From Nitrosopumilus sp. (GTDB lineage Archaea; Thermoproteota; Nitrososphaeria; Nitrososphaerales; Nitrosopumilaceae), in NCBI GenBank assembly GCA_965207445.1, contig CBDBLX010000002.1, positions 1,975,849-2,039,848 of the forward strand: DNA of 64,000 bases, written 5' to 3'. This document shows, one piece after another, positions 42,472 through 53,984 of the stretch (position 1 is its first letter; every line of letters starts with the position of its first letter). Both the position numbers and the translations under genes were made by a program. Under the pieces are notes generated by a model. That model had not been told where the DNA came from and did no database searches. It was given only the letters and a program-made list of their open reading frames with translations.

Positions 42472-43224
42472 GTGGGAGATCCAAAATATCCACGCAGAGT
42501 ATGGCGAAAGCCAAAGAGACCACTCAATTATGATCTGAAGATGGACGAATTAAAGACACTAGGAACATTTGGTCTGAGAACAAAACGAGAATTATGGAAA
42601 GCACATACAGAACTGTCACGTGTCAGACACCAAGCAAGATCACTGTTGGCGTTGAGGGCAGAGGACAGATCAAAAAAAGAACCAATACTCTTAAGATCAC
42701 TAGCTAGAATAGGACTAGTCAGTTCAGATGCGACACTAGATGATGTGTTAAACCTAAAGGTCAGTGACTTGCTTGCAAGAAGGTTTCAGACCATCGTGAC
42801 AGAAAAGTTTGGATTCAAGACGCCATACCAAGCAAGACAAGCAGTGATTCATGGGCACATGATGATCGGTAGTAGAAAGATAGATATCCCATCATACATG
42901 GTCACAGTCAAAGAAGAGAGCGAAATAAAATTCAAGCCAAACTCGACCATTGCAGACAATTTGGAGAAAAACAAAGCACAAAACTATCAAAGTGAGTTTG
43001 ATGACCATACACAGAATAGTGATGATGTACAAAGTAGCGATGTACAAAGTAGCGATGTACAAAGTAGCGATGTACAAAGTAGCGATGTACAAAGTAGCGA
43101 TAACACACAAAGCAACGACACTAGTACCACCAATCAAGACGTTGCCACAAATTCTAGTGATGAAAAAGACACAGATGTAATAGTCGATTCTGTAAAAGAT
43201 GACCAAGCAATAAAAAAAGAATAA
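42472..43224 (+). CDS. rps4: 30S ribosomal protein S4 with acidic repeat tail
   Basis: MGDPK, FGLRTKRELW, QARQAVIHGH, followed by (DVQSS)x5. Confidence 0.97.
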   Translation: MGDPKYPRRVWRKPKRPLNYDLKMDELKTLGTFGLRTKRELWKAHTELSRVRHQARSLLALRAEDRSKKEPILLRSLARIGLVSSDATLDDVLNLKVSDLLARRFQTIVTEKFGFKTPYQARQAVIHGHMMIGSRKIDIPSYMVTVKEESEIKFKPNSTIADNLEKNKAQNYQSEFDDHTQNSDDVQSSDVQSSDVQSSDVQSSDVQSSDNTQSNDTSTTNQDVATNSSDEKDTDVIVDSVKDDQAIKKE

Positions 43225-43451
43225 TCATTTAGTATAACAACAACTAATCTAAATATACTCATTGAGGATATGTTAATCTATTGTATGTTATAGTTAAAAA
43301 AATATTATATTTTAAATATTCCAAAAAATGTTCATTATATAAATAATAACAAATATTTTTTACACCGCAAATATCATAATTAATCATTATATTACACTAG
43401 AAAAACACATAGATTTTAATTATTCACATAGTATATTAAATTCTTAGATAA

Positions 43452-44663
43452 TCAATTACTAAAGAGTCGTGTATACTCTGCATCAACCATATCAACTATA
43501 TGTTCAGGCTTCATGCCTGATTTTATCATCGATGATATCATGCACCCACCTGCACCAACACCCTCCTTTGCATAACCGGTAGCAAAAGCCTTTAGTCCAT
43601 CATATTTGGAGTGCTCGAGTCCCAAATCAACTGCAAAGGCAGGTACATCTGCAACTTTTGATATCATGGATGGAAAGTCAGCATTCTGATCATCTGCAAC
43701 ATAAGTAGTAGTTCCAACTGCTACGTTATCATCATTGAATTCAATTCCAGAGGCAAAAGCAAGAACTGCGGCCATCTGTGTTCCACCTGCAAGTATGACC
43801 TTAGAAGACACAGAAGCAGAACTGAGCATTCCAGCAACAAATGGGATCATAGGATCACCTACTTGGGCCACAACTGCATACATATACTGTAGTCGTTCTG
43901 CAGAATTCACCGACTCCATATATGAAATAGTATCAGTGTGTAAAGTAGGATTGCCAGAAAAATCAGACTTAGATTTTGCTGTAAATGATTTAGAATTTAG
44001 AGTTGCAATGCGCAATAGTGCCTCGTGTACTATCTTTTCTTTAAGTTGTATAGGACTATCAGGCATGCTAGAGCTTACACGAACCTGAAATCCCAGTCCA
44101 TGCAAGACGGCCATGGCAGTGGTAGTACCACCAGGTATACTCTCACCAATCACGATACAGTCAGCAAGTGAAGACAGATTGCGCCCTACAATGCGCCCAT
44201 AGTCAACTGCATGTGTAACTTGTGAAACACTCATTGCGCTATTATGATATATGTTGTCGCCATACGATAGTCTAGTCTCTATAAATGGTAATTGTGGCGT
44301 TATGTGGCTACCTGCATTTATTATCATATGTGGTATACTAGAGTACTCCAAAGCAGCCTTTGTAAGTAGTGCAGGTGTGGGCTTTCCGTCAGGGGTTATT
44401 GGGATCCCATCTATGGTTTTACAATACCCATAATGTAGATATTCAGCATCAGCAGGTGGAGTAAACTTGAAAGAATCAGTATCAGCACCTGCGATCGATA
44501 TTCCAGGAATCTCACAAGTAGCAGTATATGACATTACCATTGAAAATAAGAACTTGGCAGATTGCAACGAATCTACAAAGTTATTTGCCTTGTGCATGTT
44601 TCCATATATTTTGAGATCGTCGATAGCATTCATGACATCACCATACATTTCAATCAAACACAA
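43452..44663 (-). CDS. cobT: Archaeal nicotinate-mononucleotide-dependent phosphoribosyltransferase CobT
   Basis: TPPADAE, GESIPGGTTTA, LAGGTQM, KEGVGAGG. Confidence 0.92.
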   Translation of the reverse strand: MCLIEMYGDVMNAIDDLKIYGNMHKANNFVDSLQSAKFLFSMVMSYTATCEIPGISIAGADTDSFKFTPPADAEYLHYGYCKTIDGIPITPDGKPTPALLTKAALEYSSIPHMIINAGSHITPQLPFIETRLSYGDNIYHNSAMSVSQVTHAVDYGRIVGRNLSSLADCIVIGESIPGGTTTAMAVLHGLGFQVRVSSSMPDSPIQLKEKIVHEALLRIATLNSKSFTAKSKSDFSGNPTLHTDTISYMESVNSAERLQYMYAVVAQVGDPMIPFVAGMLSSASVSSKVILAGGTQMAAVLAFASGIEFNDDNVAVGTTTYVADDQNADFPSMISKVADVPAFAVDLGLEHSKYDGLKAFATGYAKEGVGAGGCMISSMIKSGMKPEHIVDMVDAEYTRLFSN

Positions 44664-44791
44664 AGATGCATGGTTTTAGACTGCTGGGAGAATATACAGG
44701 TGATGGTACACAAAACGACAGTATGCCAGATGATAGCATGTTAGATGATAGCATGTTAGATGATAAAACGTTAAACACAATAATCATTCTG

Positions 44792-45406
44792 CTAGCCCAT
44801 CCTTGCAACAAATTCTTCTTTGCTTGTAGGGTACATAACAGGATTATACTGTTTTTGTTCACCAATAGTAGATGTTGGAGTAGGGCCATAATCATGCCCA
44901 GGATACATTTTAAGATGATCATCGAGTTTGGATAGTACATCAAATATACTATGATATAGGTCTTGAGAGCTACCACCAGGAAGGTCCACACGGCCACAAC
45001 TGCCAACAAACAGAGTATCTCCACTAAATATGAAGTCAGGGCCAATCAAACACATGCTGTCCTTTGAGTGTCCAGGCGTATATAGCACCTTGATTGAAGA
45101 TTCTCCAAAGTGTATGATATCACCGTCTTTGAGTGACATATCATGAGGTAGTTCCGAATACTCGTGTTGCACTATAGGAGCTCCAGTAGACTTTGCCATC
45201 TGCTCGTTTCCAGTAGTGTGATCAAGGTGATGATGAGTATTAATGATATATTTTACATGTAATGAATGATCTTCTATTAGAGATTCTAGTTTATGTAGAT
45301 CCCATGATGGATCAATTATAATGGACTCGCGCGTACTAGTGTCATATATGATATATGAGAAATTTTGCATATGGCCCACAGGCACCTGTATTATCTCAAT
45401 GCCCAT
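44792..45406 (-). CDS. Metallo-beta-lactamase-fold hydrolase (glyoxalase II-like)
   Basis: THHHLDH, TPGHS, SGDTLF, PGHDY. Confidence 0.93.
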   Translation of the reverse strand: MGIEIIQVPVGHMQNFSYIIYDTSTRESIIIDPSWDLHKLESLIEDHSLHVKYIINTHHHLDHTTGNEQMAKSTGAPIVQHEYSELPHDMSLKDGDIIHFGESSIKVLYTPGHSKDSMCLIGPDFIFSGDTLFVGSCGRVDLPGGSSQDLYHSIFDVLSKLDDHLKMYPGHDYGPTPTSTIGEQKQYNPVMYPTSKEEFVARMG

Positions 45407-46089
45407 TATATGATACCTTCCTCTGCTTCTGGCGGGATGCCGATCTTTTCTGCATGTAAAATGCCAGTCAAGTCAGGGCGTTTTGGGATGCCTTGTTTCA
45501 TACGATGAAACGTGACGGTCATATCACATGTAGTGTGAATATTTGCAGTCATGCCAGTTTGAGGATCAAGTCCAGATGGTACATCAACGCCAAATTTGAA
45601 TGTGTTTTTACATGAATTGATGTATTTGATTGCAGACATGTATGGCTCTTTGATATCACCTGTAATTCCAGTCCCAAATACAGCATCTATGATTATTTTT
45701 GGATTCATATCAAAAGGTGGTAAAAACTCATCCCCATAACAGGTCAATACAGATGTATGCATCTTTTCTAATAGTGACCAATTCCACTTTGACTCATCAG
45801 TCTTGATGTTATTTGGTGCTCCAAGTAATAATACAGTAGGTTTTGCGCCATAACCTGCAAGATGTCTGGCCATTACCATTCCGTCACCGCCATTATTCCC
45901 AAGCCCAGCGATGACAAGTATACTAGTATCACTAACATCACCCACGTGTTCTACTAATCTTCTAGTAGCAACAGCACCAGCATTTTCCATCATGAATTTT
46001 TTGAGAAAACCCATCTGATGCCCCTTGTTCTCAATCTTGTACATTTGGTCTACTGTAATTTCCACATATTCAGACAGATTAGCAGACAA
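45406..46089 (-). CDS. nnrE: NAD(P)H-hydrate epimerase
   Basis: MENAG, GNNGGDG, DAVFGTG, DVPSG. Confidence 0.93.
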   Translation of the reverse strand: MSANLSEYVEITVDQMYKIENKGHQMGFLKKFMMENAGAVATRRLVEHVGDVSDTSILVIAGLGNNGGDGMVMARHLAGYGAKPTVLLLGAPNNIKTDESKWNWSLLEKMHTSVLTCYGDEFLPPFDMNPKIIIDAVFGTGITGDIKEPYMSAIKYINSCKNTFKFGVDVPSGLDPQTGMTANIHTTCDMTVTFHRMKQGIPKRPDLTGILHAEKIGIPPEAEEGII

Positions 46090-46275
46090 ATTAAGCTTGT
46101 CAATTATACCAATAATACAAGATGATAGTAGTGTCAGTGTATTATAGTATACAAAAAGTGTCAGTGTATTAAGAGTAGTAAAATCATAAACAACGTAGGT
46201 GCCAACACATCTGCAAACATTGTATGTACAAGTGATTTGTTATCAAATCATACTAACCAGAAAATTAGCAACATT

Positions 46276-46359
46276 GTAACCATTCAGTCCCCTCCATCAC
46301 TGAGCCAGACGTTAAACGGTGAATTTGTGCCTAAATTTGGGAAGGGATTGAACGGTTAC
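46276..46359 (+). mobile_element. MITE family A copy
   Basis: GTAACCATTCA...GCCAGACGTTAAACGGTGAATTTGTGCCTAAATTTGGGAAGGGATTGAACGGTTAC. Confidence 0.85.
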
Positions 46360-46456
46360 ATTGAACAAAAAATATGTATGCATTAGGTAAAACAGTTTGC
46401 AAATCTACAAAAAATACATACATCATAGCAACAACTATAACATCATATAAAAGAGA

Positions 46457-46855
46457 TCATGTAATAAATGACATACATAAAACATCAGGGCATCTACGAG
46501 TCTCAGACTTGCTCAGATGTATAGTCTTTGAGCAGCCACTACATTGATGTACCTCTTCTACAACATCAAACAACTTGAACCACATTGTGTTAAAGTTCTG
46601 CGCAATGTTTCGTATCATACCAGACTCACAAAGAGAATCAAAATCAGACTCTAAATCACACACATCAGAAATATCATCATTCAATGCACTCTTATAATTC
46701 TCTTTGAGTATCTCAAATATTTCATCATTTGTAAACCGCAAGTCAGGATCATTGAACTGCTCAAATATTATCTTTCGAATTAAGAGTTGCATTGCATTGC
46801 CTGATTTAGTCTCATTAGATTTAGTCTTATCAGAGTCATTTTGCACAGAATGCAA
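46457..46855 (-). CDS. Conserved hypothetical protein (wHTH-like plus C-terminal Zn-ribbon cysteines)
   Basis: RFTNDEIF, RNIAQN, CSGC...CPDVLC. Lies at the end of the SUF operon. Confidence 0.75.
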   Translation of the reverse strand: MHSVQNDSDKTKSNETKSGNAMQLLIRKIIFEQFNDPDLRFTNDEIFEILKENYKSALNDDISDVCDLESDFDSLCESGMIRNIAQNFNTMWFKLFDVVEEVHQCSGCSKTIHLSKSETRRCPDVLCMSFIT

Positions 46856-46868
46856 TTATAATCACTTT

Positions 46869-47336
46869 CTAGTATAATCCTGCTGCTTCTTCTTTTAGCT
46901 TGTCAATATTAAAAGTATCAGAAACATCAGAGTCTTTCATATTAATCATATATGTATACAAGGCAGACTTGAGCACCTTTAGTGGCAATAGTGCGCATTT
47001 TATACGAACCGCCTGTAAATGCTCCAACCCCAACTCACCTAACAAGTCGTCTTTTCCTATTGCTTTTACATCATCAAGGTTCTTACCTTTTGTAATCTCA
47101 GTTAACACAGAAGAGCATGCCATACAGATAGCACATCCTTTGCCATGAAACTTGATATCAGATACAGCATTGTTATCAATATTCATATCAATATCTATAC
47201 TATCCCCACATAACGGATTTGCATCATGAAAAGTCACATCAGGATTCTCAAGTTTCCCAAAGTTGACAGGATTCCTAGAGTAATCTATAATCATTTCATG
47301 ATAAATGCTAGTACCAGTACTACTCATACATCTCAC
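46869..47336 (-). CDS. sufU: SufU/IscU-type Fe-S scaffold
   Basis: NPLCGD, GCAIC, RIKCALL. Confidence 0.92.
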   Translation of the reverse strand: MRCMSSTGTSIYHEMIIDYSRNPVNFGKLENPDVTFHDANPLCGDSIDIDMNIDNNAVSDIKFHGKGCAICMACSSVLTEITKGKNLDDVKAIGKDDLLGELGLEHLQAVRIKCALLPLKVLKSALYTYMINMKDSDVSDTFNIDKLKEEAAGLY

Positions 47337-48646
47337 CTCTTCAAGAGAAAAGTCTCAGCAACTTTGTCAAGTGATGCGACAAGTGCATCGATCTCAGATT
47401 TAGTATTGTAAATGTAAAAACTAGCCCTTGATGTAGCAGCAACATCCATCTTTTCCATCAATACTTGAGCACAATGATGTCCAGACCGTATAGATATTCC
47501 TGCCTGATCTATAATATATGCAACATCATGAGGATGCACAGATTGAAAGTTAAATGATATCACGCCACCTCTTTTTTGAGGGTCAAGAGGACCATATATC
47601 TTGATATCAGGTATGGCAGAAAATTTTTCCAATGCATATGTAGTAAGTTCAATCTCATGTTCACGTATACTTTCCATTCCAATTTTATCAATATAGTCTA
47701 TTGCAGCACCTAGTCCAATCACATCAGCCACATTGGGCGTACCGGCCTCGAACTTGTAAGGAAGATCATTCCATGTCGACTCGTGTTTGTGTACCTCGCG
47801 AATCATATCTCCACCACCATGAAAAGGGGACATTGTCTCCATCACCTCTTTACGTACCCACAAAACTCCAATACCAGTTGGCCCCATCATCTTGTGGCCA
47901 GAAAATGCAAAAAAGTCACACCCCAGACCAGACACATCAACACTCATGTGCGGCACTGCTTGGGCACCATCAACTAGTATGGGTATATTGTGCGCCTTGC
48001 ATTTTGATATTATGGTATTGTGATTAGTGATTGTACCTAATACATTTGACATCAGGGTAAACGTGACCAATTTTACTTTACCAGTTGCGATGTATTTGTC
48101 AAGGTCATCTAGTAATAGCTCACCATTGTCATCAACTTGGATATATTCGAGTCGGGCGCCCTTTTCTTGAGCTAGTAATTGCCAAGGTACTATATTACTA
48201 TGATGTTCATATTCAGTAGTCACTATAATGTCACCTTCATTAACATGTTTACGCCCCCACGCGTATGCCACCAAGTTTATCGCCTCTGTTGTGCCGCGAA
48301 CAAAGATTATCTCTTTTTGATCTTTAATGTTCAAAAACTTTGCAATCTTGCTTCTAACTGACTCGTATGCATCAGTTGCTTCTTCTGCAAGAGCATAGAC
48401 TGCCCTATGTATGTTAGCATTGTATGTTTTGTAATAGTCGCTTATTGCATCTATTACTTGTATTGGTTTTTGTGTAGTAGCAGCATTATCAAGATATACC
48501 AGTGGTTTGTTATCTCGCACAGTTCTTGAAAGTATGGGAAAATCATTACGTAGACTCTCAAAGTCAATTATATCAGAGGGGTTGTCGTCGTAGTTTTGTT
48601 GTTGTTGTTGTTGTTGTTTCTGCTGCTGCTCTTCTTGCATCGTCAA
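47333..48646 (-). CDS. sufS: Cysteine desulfurase SufS
   Basis: YLDNAATTQKP, EHHSN, SGHKM, RSGHHCA. Poly-Q N-terminus. Confidence 0.96.
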   Translation of the reverse strand: MTMQEEQQQKQQQQQQQNYDDNPSDIIDFESLRNDFPILSRTVRDNKPLVYLDNAATTQKPIQVIDAISDYYKTYNANIHRAVYALAEEATDAYESVRSKIAKFLNIKDQKEIIFVRGTTEAINLVAYAWGRKHVNEGDIIVTTEYEHHSNIVPWQLLAQEKGARLEYIQVDDNGELLLDDLDKYIATGKVKLVTFTLMSNVLGTITNHNTIISKCKAHNIPILVDGAQAVPHMSVDVSGLGCDFFAFSGHKMMGPTGIGVLWVRKEVMETMSPFHGGGDMIREVHKHESTWNDLPYKFEAGTPNVADVIGLGAAIDYIDKIGMESIREHEIELTTYALEKFSAIPDIKIYGPLDPQKRGGVISFNFQSVHPHDVAYIIDQAGISIRSGHHCAQVLMEKMDVAATSRASFYIYNTKSEIDALVASLDKVAETFLLKR

Positions 48647-48653
48647 TGGATCA

Positions 48654-49031
48654 TCATACTCCTACCTGTATCCAACCATCGGTTATTTTAACATTATACA
48701 CACGCAGAGGTTTTTCAGCAGGTGGGTTTTTTGGAACACCATCACAAAGATCAAAAACTGAGAGGTGAAGTGGACACCGTATACCATCAGGTCCTAAAAA
48801 CCCAGTCGACAAGTCAGCGTCTGCATGAGTGCACACAGAGTCAACTGCGCAAATAGTGCCATTCTGGTTTGTAATTAGTATAGATGCATCATGATGCTCA
48901 AACTTGTATAGTTGTCCATCATCAAGATCATCTAGTTTGCATGCGCGAATCCAACTTGTGCCAGAAGACGAGTCATCATCGGCATAATTTTTATCTGTAC
49001 TTGTAGTGCTGTTCAATCTCCGCATCCTCAT
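48654..49031 (-). CDS. Rieske-type ferredoxin
   Basis: CTH...CPLH motifs. Start uncertain. Confidence 0.9.
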   Translation of the reverse strand: MRMRRLNSTTSTDKNYADDDSSSGTSWIRACKLDDLDDGQLYKFEHHDASILITNQNGTICAVDSVCTHADADLSTGFLGPDGIRCPLHLSVFDLCDGVPKNPPAEKPLRVYNVKITDGWIQVGV

Positions 49032-50496
49032 TGTATCTAGTCTCTTCGACTTCTACGAACTTTGTGAGTTCTTCATCAGTGTTAATTCCAAGTTCACGGC
49101 CCTCCCACTTTGATTCTATCAGATATGCGATCCAAGCCCTTACCTGATAAGACATCTTGCGTGACAGCGGCTCTAAAAATCCCTCAACTATAGTTCTCTC
49201 TGCTTCTTGTTGACTGAGGCATCTTGATTTTAAATAAAATATCTGTTCTTCATCAATCTGTGCAACGGATGCAGAGTGAGTAGCCTTTACATCGTTTGTA
49301 AAAATCTCCAAACCAGGTATTGCATCTGATTTGGCATCCTTGTCAAGTAGTATGGATCTACCTGACAGAAAAGAGTTTGACTTTGTGGCATTTTCTTTTA
49401 TGCGGATCATTCCCTTGAATAATGAGCGAGACTTGTCACGCAGTATGGACTTTTCTACCACCCTGCCTTCAGTTGCTGGACTCTCATGATTCACATCTGT
49501 CTGTATGTCAAAGGATTGCTCGGCGTTTCCAAATACCACCTCAGAGTCGTTTGCCGAAGCACCACTACCTTGCAAAAAGTACTCTATACGATAACGAGAC
49601 AGTATAGAGCCAAATAGTCCCGAGTACCAGTTGACCTGAGAGTCTGCTGCAAGTGTGGTGCGCCTAGTTGAAAAGTTGATAGAAGATCTTTGATCAAGCA
49701 TCTGTAGTGTAGTAACATCAAGGTGAGAGTTTTCACGAGCAAATGTATTTAGTAACTCAAGGTATGCAGACTGGTTTGCACCTTTTGGTGCATTAGCATC
49801 ATCACTATCCGCAGTAGCGGCAACAGTAGTAGCAGTAGCAGCAGCACCATCATCAGAGTACATCTCTTGTACAACAGATGCCTTGGCATTCTCATCAATA
49901 GATATTACATTTCGTGATATTACAGATGTTCCATCAGATGGCAGACATACGAGCAAATGTATGGGTTGCTCCAATATCACATTACGTGGCACATGTAAAA
50001 ATAGACCAGAGTTAAATGCAGCATTATTTAGTGCAGTAAACTTGTCACCGGCCGAGTCAGATGACTCTATAGCAGAGCGAACAATACTCTCTGTTTTGGC
50101 GTTTTTGAGCGCACCATATATGGAATCAAGTATAACACCTTTTTCTTTTATCTCACTAGGCACGTGTATACGAGTTGTTATAGTACCAATCTGAATTATA
50201 GAGATCTCGTTTTGTAATTCTTCTAATCTGCGATTTAGAAACTGAGGTGTCAAGATATTATCATCGTTGTTGCTGCTGCTGCTGCTATTAGTATCACTCA
50301 ACAACACATACTCTGGATTCATTCGCTTTGCATCAGTATACTTTGTGTACAGCGGCGACGTCTCGATAGGAAGTTTATCATATATGGCAAGTGAGTCATG
50401 TCGTGACTGTAATAACCATTCAGGCTCACCATTTACAGAAGATATTGTATCAATATGTTCTGTTCCAATGTTTGATAATTTTTGTAATGATGACAT
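48991..50496 (-). CDS. sufD: Fe-S cluster assembly protein SufD
   Basis: AIPGLEI..DVKATHSA, FYLKSR. Follows sufB. Confidence 0.92.
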   Translation of the reverse strand: MSSLQKLSNIGTEHIDTISSVNGEPEWLLQSRHDSLAIYDKLPIETSPLYTKYTDAKRMNPEYVLLSDTNSSSSSNNDDNILTPQFLNRRLEELQNEISIIQIGTITTRIHVPSEIKEKGVILDSIYGALKNAKTESIVRSAIESSDSAGDKFTALNNAAFNSGLFLHVPRNVILEQPIHLLVCLPSDGTSVISRNVISIDENAKASVVQEMYSDDGAAATATTVAATADSDDANAPKGANQSAYLELLNTFARENSHLDVTTLQMLDQRSSINFSTRRTTLAADSQVNWYSGLFGSILSRYRIEYFLQGSGASANDSEVVFGNAEQSFDIQTDVNHESPATEGRVVEKSILRDKSRSLFKGMIRIKENATKSNSFLSGRSILLDKDAKSDAIPGLEIFTNDVKATHSASVAQIDEEQIFYLKSRCLSQQEAERTIVEGFLEPLSRKMSYQVRAWIAYLIESKWEGRELGINTDEELTKFVEVEETRYNEDAEIEQHYKYR

Positions 50497-50516
50497 ATAC
50501 CATCAAAATAACACAT

Positions 50517-51917
50517 TTATCCTACAGAGTCATCCATCTCTAATTTGATGAGTCGGTTGAGTTCAACTGCATACTCCATTGGAAGTTCTTTTGTAAACGG
50601 CTCCATGAATCCATTTACGATAAGTGACAGAGCTTCTTCTTCTGTAAAGCCACGACTCATCAGATAAAATATCTGTTCATCACCAATCTTGCCAACGGTA
50701 GCCTCGTGCGTTATCGTGGCATCTTCTTGGTTTATCTCCATATATGGATAAGTGTCAGTCTTTGAAGTGTCATCTAGCAATAGCGCATCACATCTTACAG
50801 TGGACTTTACATTAGTAGCGCCCTTTGCAACGTTTAGTAATCCTCTATACGTAGAACGGCCGTCAAGTCGACTTACAGATTTAGATGTTATTTTTGATGT
50901 TGTGTTTGGTGCTAAATGTACCATCTTGGCACCCGTATCTTGATGTTGTCCCTTGCCTGCAAATGCAATTGAGAGTGTCTCACCATATGCACGTTCCCCA
51001 AGTAGATATATTCCAGGATACTTCATAGTAAGACGGCTACCAATATTGCCATCAATCCACTCAACTGTAGCCCCCTCATATGCATATGCACGTTTTGTGA
51101 CCAAGTTGTATACATCATTGCTCCAGTTCTGTATTGTGGTATATCTGAGGTGTGCATCTTTGTGGGCAACCAGCTCTACAACAGCAGAGTGTAAAGATTC
51201 CGAAGAGTACACAGGTGCCGTACAACCTTCAATATAATGGACATCTGCGCCCTCATCTACTACAATCAGAGTTCTCTCAAACTGTCCAATATTCTCAGCA
51301 TTTATTCTAAAGTAAGCTTGCAGAGGCATGTCAACTTTGACACCAGGTGGCACATAGATAAAAGAGCCACCGCTCCATACGGCACTGTTCAAAGCAGCAA
51401 ATTTGTTGTCCTCTGGAGGTATCACCTTGCCAAAGTATTTCTTGAACATCTCTGGTTGTTCTTTTAGAGCAGAGTCAGTATCCAAAAATATTACACCTTG
51501 CTTTTGCAGGTCTTCACGCAAATTATGATATACTACCTCGGATTCGTACTGTGCTCCAACACCAGCCAAGAATTTTTTTTCTGCTTCTGGAATACCCAGT
51601 TTGTCAAAAGTGTTCTTGACGTCTTGGGGCACATCATCCCAGTCTTTCTCAGTCTTTTCAGAGGCTTTTGCATAATAGTAAATATTCTGAAAGTCAATCA
51701 TATTTAGATCACCGCCCCATGCAGGCATTGGCTTGCTCATAAACGTCTCAAATGAGCGCAATCTAAAGTCAAGCATCCATTGTGGCTCATTTTTCATCTG
51801 GCTAATACCAATTACAGTCTCTTTTGTGAGACCTTTTTTGCTCAAGTGGACGTACATTTCCGTAGAATCTTTAAAGTCGTATTTGGAATAATCCATCTCC
51901 AAATTTTCAGTTGCCAT
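50517..51917 (-). CDS. sufB: Fe-S cluster assembly protein SufB
   Basis: [32 protein letters not shown]. Confidence 0.97.
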   Translation of the reverse strand: MATENLEMDYSKYDFKDSTEMYVHLSKKGLTKETVIGISQMKNEPQWMLDFRLRSFETFMSKPMPAWGGDLNMIDFQNIYYYAKASEKTEKDWDDVPQDVKNTFDKLGIPEAEKKFLAGVGAQYESEVVYHNLREDLQKQGVIFLDTDSALKEQPEMFKKYFGKVIPPEDNKFAALNSAVWSGGSFIYVPPGVKVDMPLQAYFRINAENIGQFERTLIVVDEGADVHYIEGCTAPVYSSESLHSAVVELVAHKDAHLRYTTIQNWSNDVYNLVTKRAYAYEGATVEWIDGNIGSRLTMKYPGIYLLGERAYGETLSIAFAGKGQHQDTGAKMVHLAPNTTSKITSKSVSRLDGRSTYRGLLNVAKGATNVKSTVRCDALLLDDTSKTDTYPYMEINQEDATITHEATVGKIGDEQIFYLMSRGFTEEEALSLIVNGFMEPFTKELPMEYAVELNRLIKLEMDDSVG

Positions 51918-52012
51918 ACAATTCCAACGATATTATTGTTATAAATATATGTGGAAAAATAGGTATAGCTAAATAGGCACAGCTAAACAGTACATAAATC
52001 ACATTTACATAA

Positions 52013-52813
52013 TCATAATAATCCAACAAATGACAGTAGGGCAACAAGTCCCATTATAATTGCAAACCACCAAAAACGCACCCTTGATGCTACCTGTACA
52101 AGAACATGTATTGATAGATAACCGGCTACAAATGAAGACAATAAACCAACTAGTAAATAATCAGTAGGCATATCAGGCAACCCATACACAAGCAATAGTC
52201 CCACTTGTGCTGCAAGTACAGCAGGAATGCCCATCAAAAATGAAAGTCGTAATGCCTCAGGTGCAGTGTACCCTCTCATTAAAAATGCAGAGACTGTAAT
52301 TCCAGAGCGCGACAGACCAGGTATTGCAGAGAATGCCTGCACTATACCAAGCAGGAGGGTATCTTTGATAGTTACCGAGTCTGCGGTTTTAGTTCCGGAT
52401 TGTTTTGATACATATAGTATGATACCAGTTACAACAAGTGCCACACCTACTAATCCCAACAAAAATTCACCCGATATGGCAACATCAGATGCATATGTGA
52501 ATATTATAAAACCCAGTCCACCACTAATTACAGTTGATACAAGCAAAAATGAGATCATAGAGTTGTTAGGCCCATCATATCTAAAATTATAATGTCTTGT
52601 ATTTTTTAGTATGTTAAAAATGTCACGGCGCAAATACAGCGCAGCAGACCCAACTGTTCCCAAGTGTAAAAAGAACGACAGATCCGATGCATCTTGTGAC
52701 ATGTACCCAAAGAGTTCAGTCATTATAATTACAAGCTCACCCGTACTCGATACAGGTAGCCATTCAAATACCCCCTGTAGTATACCAAGTATGACAGATT
52801 CAATATAATCCAC
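52013..52813 (-). CDS. uppP: Undecaprenyl-diphosphate phosphatase (BacA/UppP family)
   Basis: QGVFEWLPVSSTG, HLGT, PGLSRSG, FLMGIP. Confidence 0.92.
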   Translation of the reverse strand: MDYIESVILGILQGVFEWLPVSSTGELVIIMTELFGYMSQDASDLSFFLHLGTVGSAALYLRRDIFNILKNTRHYNFRYDGPNNSMISFLLVSTVISGGLGFIIFTYASDVAISGEFLLGLVGVALVVTGIILYVSKQSGTKTADSVTIKDTLLLGIVQAFSAIPGLSRSGITVSAFLMRGYTAPEALRLSFLMGIPAVLAAQVGLLLVYGLPDMPTDYLLVGLLSSFVAGYLSIHVLVQVASRVRFWWFAIIMGLVALLSFVGLL

Positions 52814-52974
52814 ACATAAAGTATGTTTGAGATCTATTAATTTGAAACTAAAACATTATTTGATCAATTATATAGTTAGACAGAATCAGAATGAAATTAC
52901 AAATTAATTTGTCAAAAATAGGAATGAATCGTGATTGTTATCAATGAGATTTAAAACCATCAAATCAAATTACA

Positions 52975-53066
52975 ACATACGCAATACATATGCACACATA
53001 TGCAATACATATGCAACACATATGCAATACATATGTAACACATATGCACACATATGCAACACATAC
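52975..53066. repeat. Imperfect ACATATGCA-type minisatellite
   Basis: Repeated (A/C)ACATATGCA units of 11-12 bp between uppP and the second kinase. Confidence 0.85.
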
Positions 53067-53128
53067 GATAATCAAATAAAATATATGCACATATTATTAA
53101 TTAACTTTGAAAAATTCTTATACAATAA

Positions 53129-53878
53129 TCATACTTTTGAGAGATATCTTAGAATTTGTTTTTTAAGACGTGTATTGAGTTGTTCTACTGTACGATTACC
53201 ATTCACAATATTAAGATCATATTTTTGCTTTAAAGTTTTAAACTCACGAGCAAGACGTTGCTGATATATGATAAATGATGTATACATATCTTTTGAGAGT
53301 CCCATATCCGCACCAGACTCATAATAGTCAAGACTCTGTCGTTTTGCAAAGACGCGATGCACAAGCACATATGGATCCACATCAAGATAAAACGTCATAT
53401 CAGGAACTAGCGCAAAACTGTACAGGTTGGCAGACCAGTTTCGTTTTATCCCGCGTATTGTATTTCTAGCCATCAAAGTGTAGATGTATCTATCTGCCAA
53501 CACAATATATCCTGCTTGGAGTGCAGGGATAATTTTGTGTTCTAACTGATCAGCAAAGTCAGCAGCGTAAAACATTGCAAGTGTCCTAGTACCCAAAGAT
53601 ACGTTGCGCTTGGCATCGAGTATGCCTTTTCCCACCAACGCCGACCTTGTTAGTCCAGTGTTGAGAACTGCATAGCCTTCAGCCTCTAGCTGAGCAGTCA
53701 ACAGTTCGATCTGAGTACTTCGACCAGAAGCATCAGGCCCTTCTACTACAATCAGTCGTCCAGTAATATCGATATCACGCAAGTAATGCAGTCCACCAAA
53801 CTTTTTTGTCCCATACCATCGAGGTTCGTGCCTAGACAATCCATCTACAATACCAGTGTTGTTCTTGCCAGATACCAC
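53129..53878 (-). CDS. Thymidylate-kinase-like protein with degenerate P-loop (candidate PPK3 regulatory subunit)
   Basis: EGPDASGRST (K to R), YAADFAD, ADRYIYT. The frame is open upstream to a CTG at 53992. Confidence 0.85.
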   Translation of the reverse strand: MVSGKNNTGIVDGLSRHEPRWYGTKKFGGLHYLRDIDITGRLIVVEGPDASGRSTQIELLTAQLEAEGYAVLNTGLTRSALVGKGILDAKRNVSLGTRTLAMFYAADFADQLEHKIIPALQAGYIVLADRYIYTLMARNTIRGIKRNWSANLYSFALVPDMTFYLDVDPYVLVHRVFAKRQSLDYYESGADMGLSKDMYTSFIIYQQRLAREFKTLKQKYDLNIVNGNRTVEQLNTRLKKQILRYLSKV

Positions 53879-53984
53879 ACCAAGTTCTCTTTGATAAATA
53901 TCAGAGTCATATGAAGCATGACTATCGATTTGAATGTCATCATCTTCGTATGAGGATGTATTTGATGATATATCATGACTTGGA

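Noticed and set aside
41941..43224. rps13-rps4 without rps11/rpoD
   Set aside because: A split of this operon is, to my recollection, usual in this lineage.
46869..51917. SUF operon lacking sufC
   Set aside because: sufC may simply lie elsewhere; its absence from this window shows nothing.
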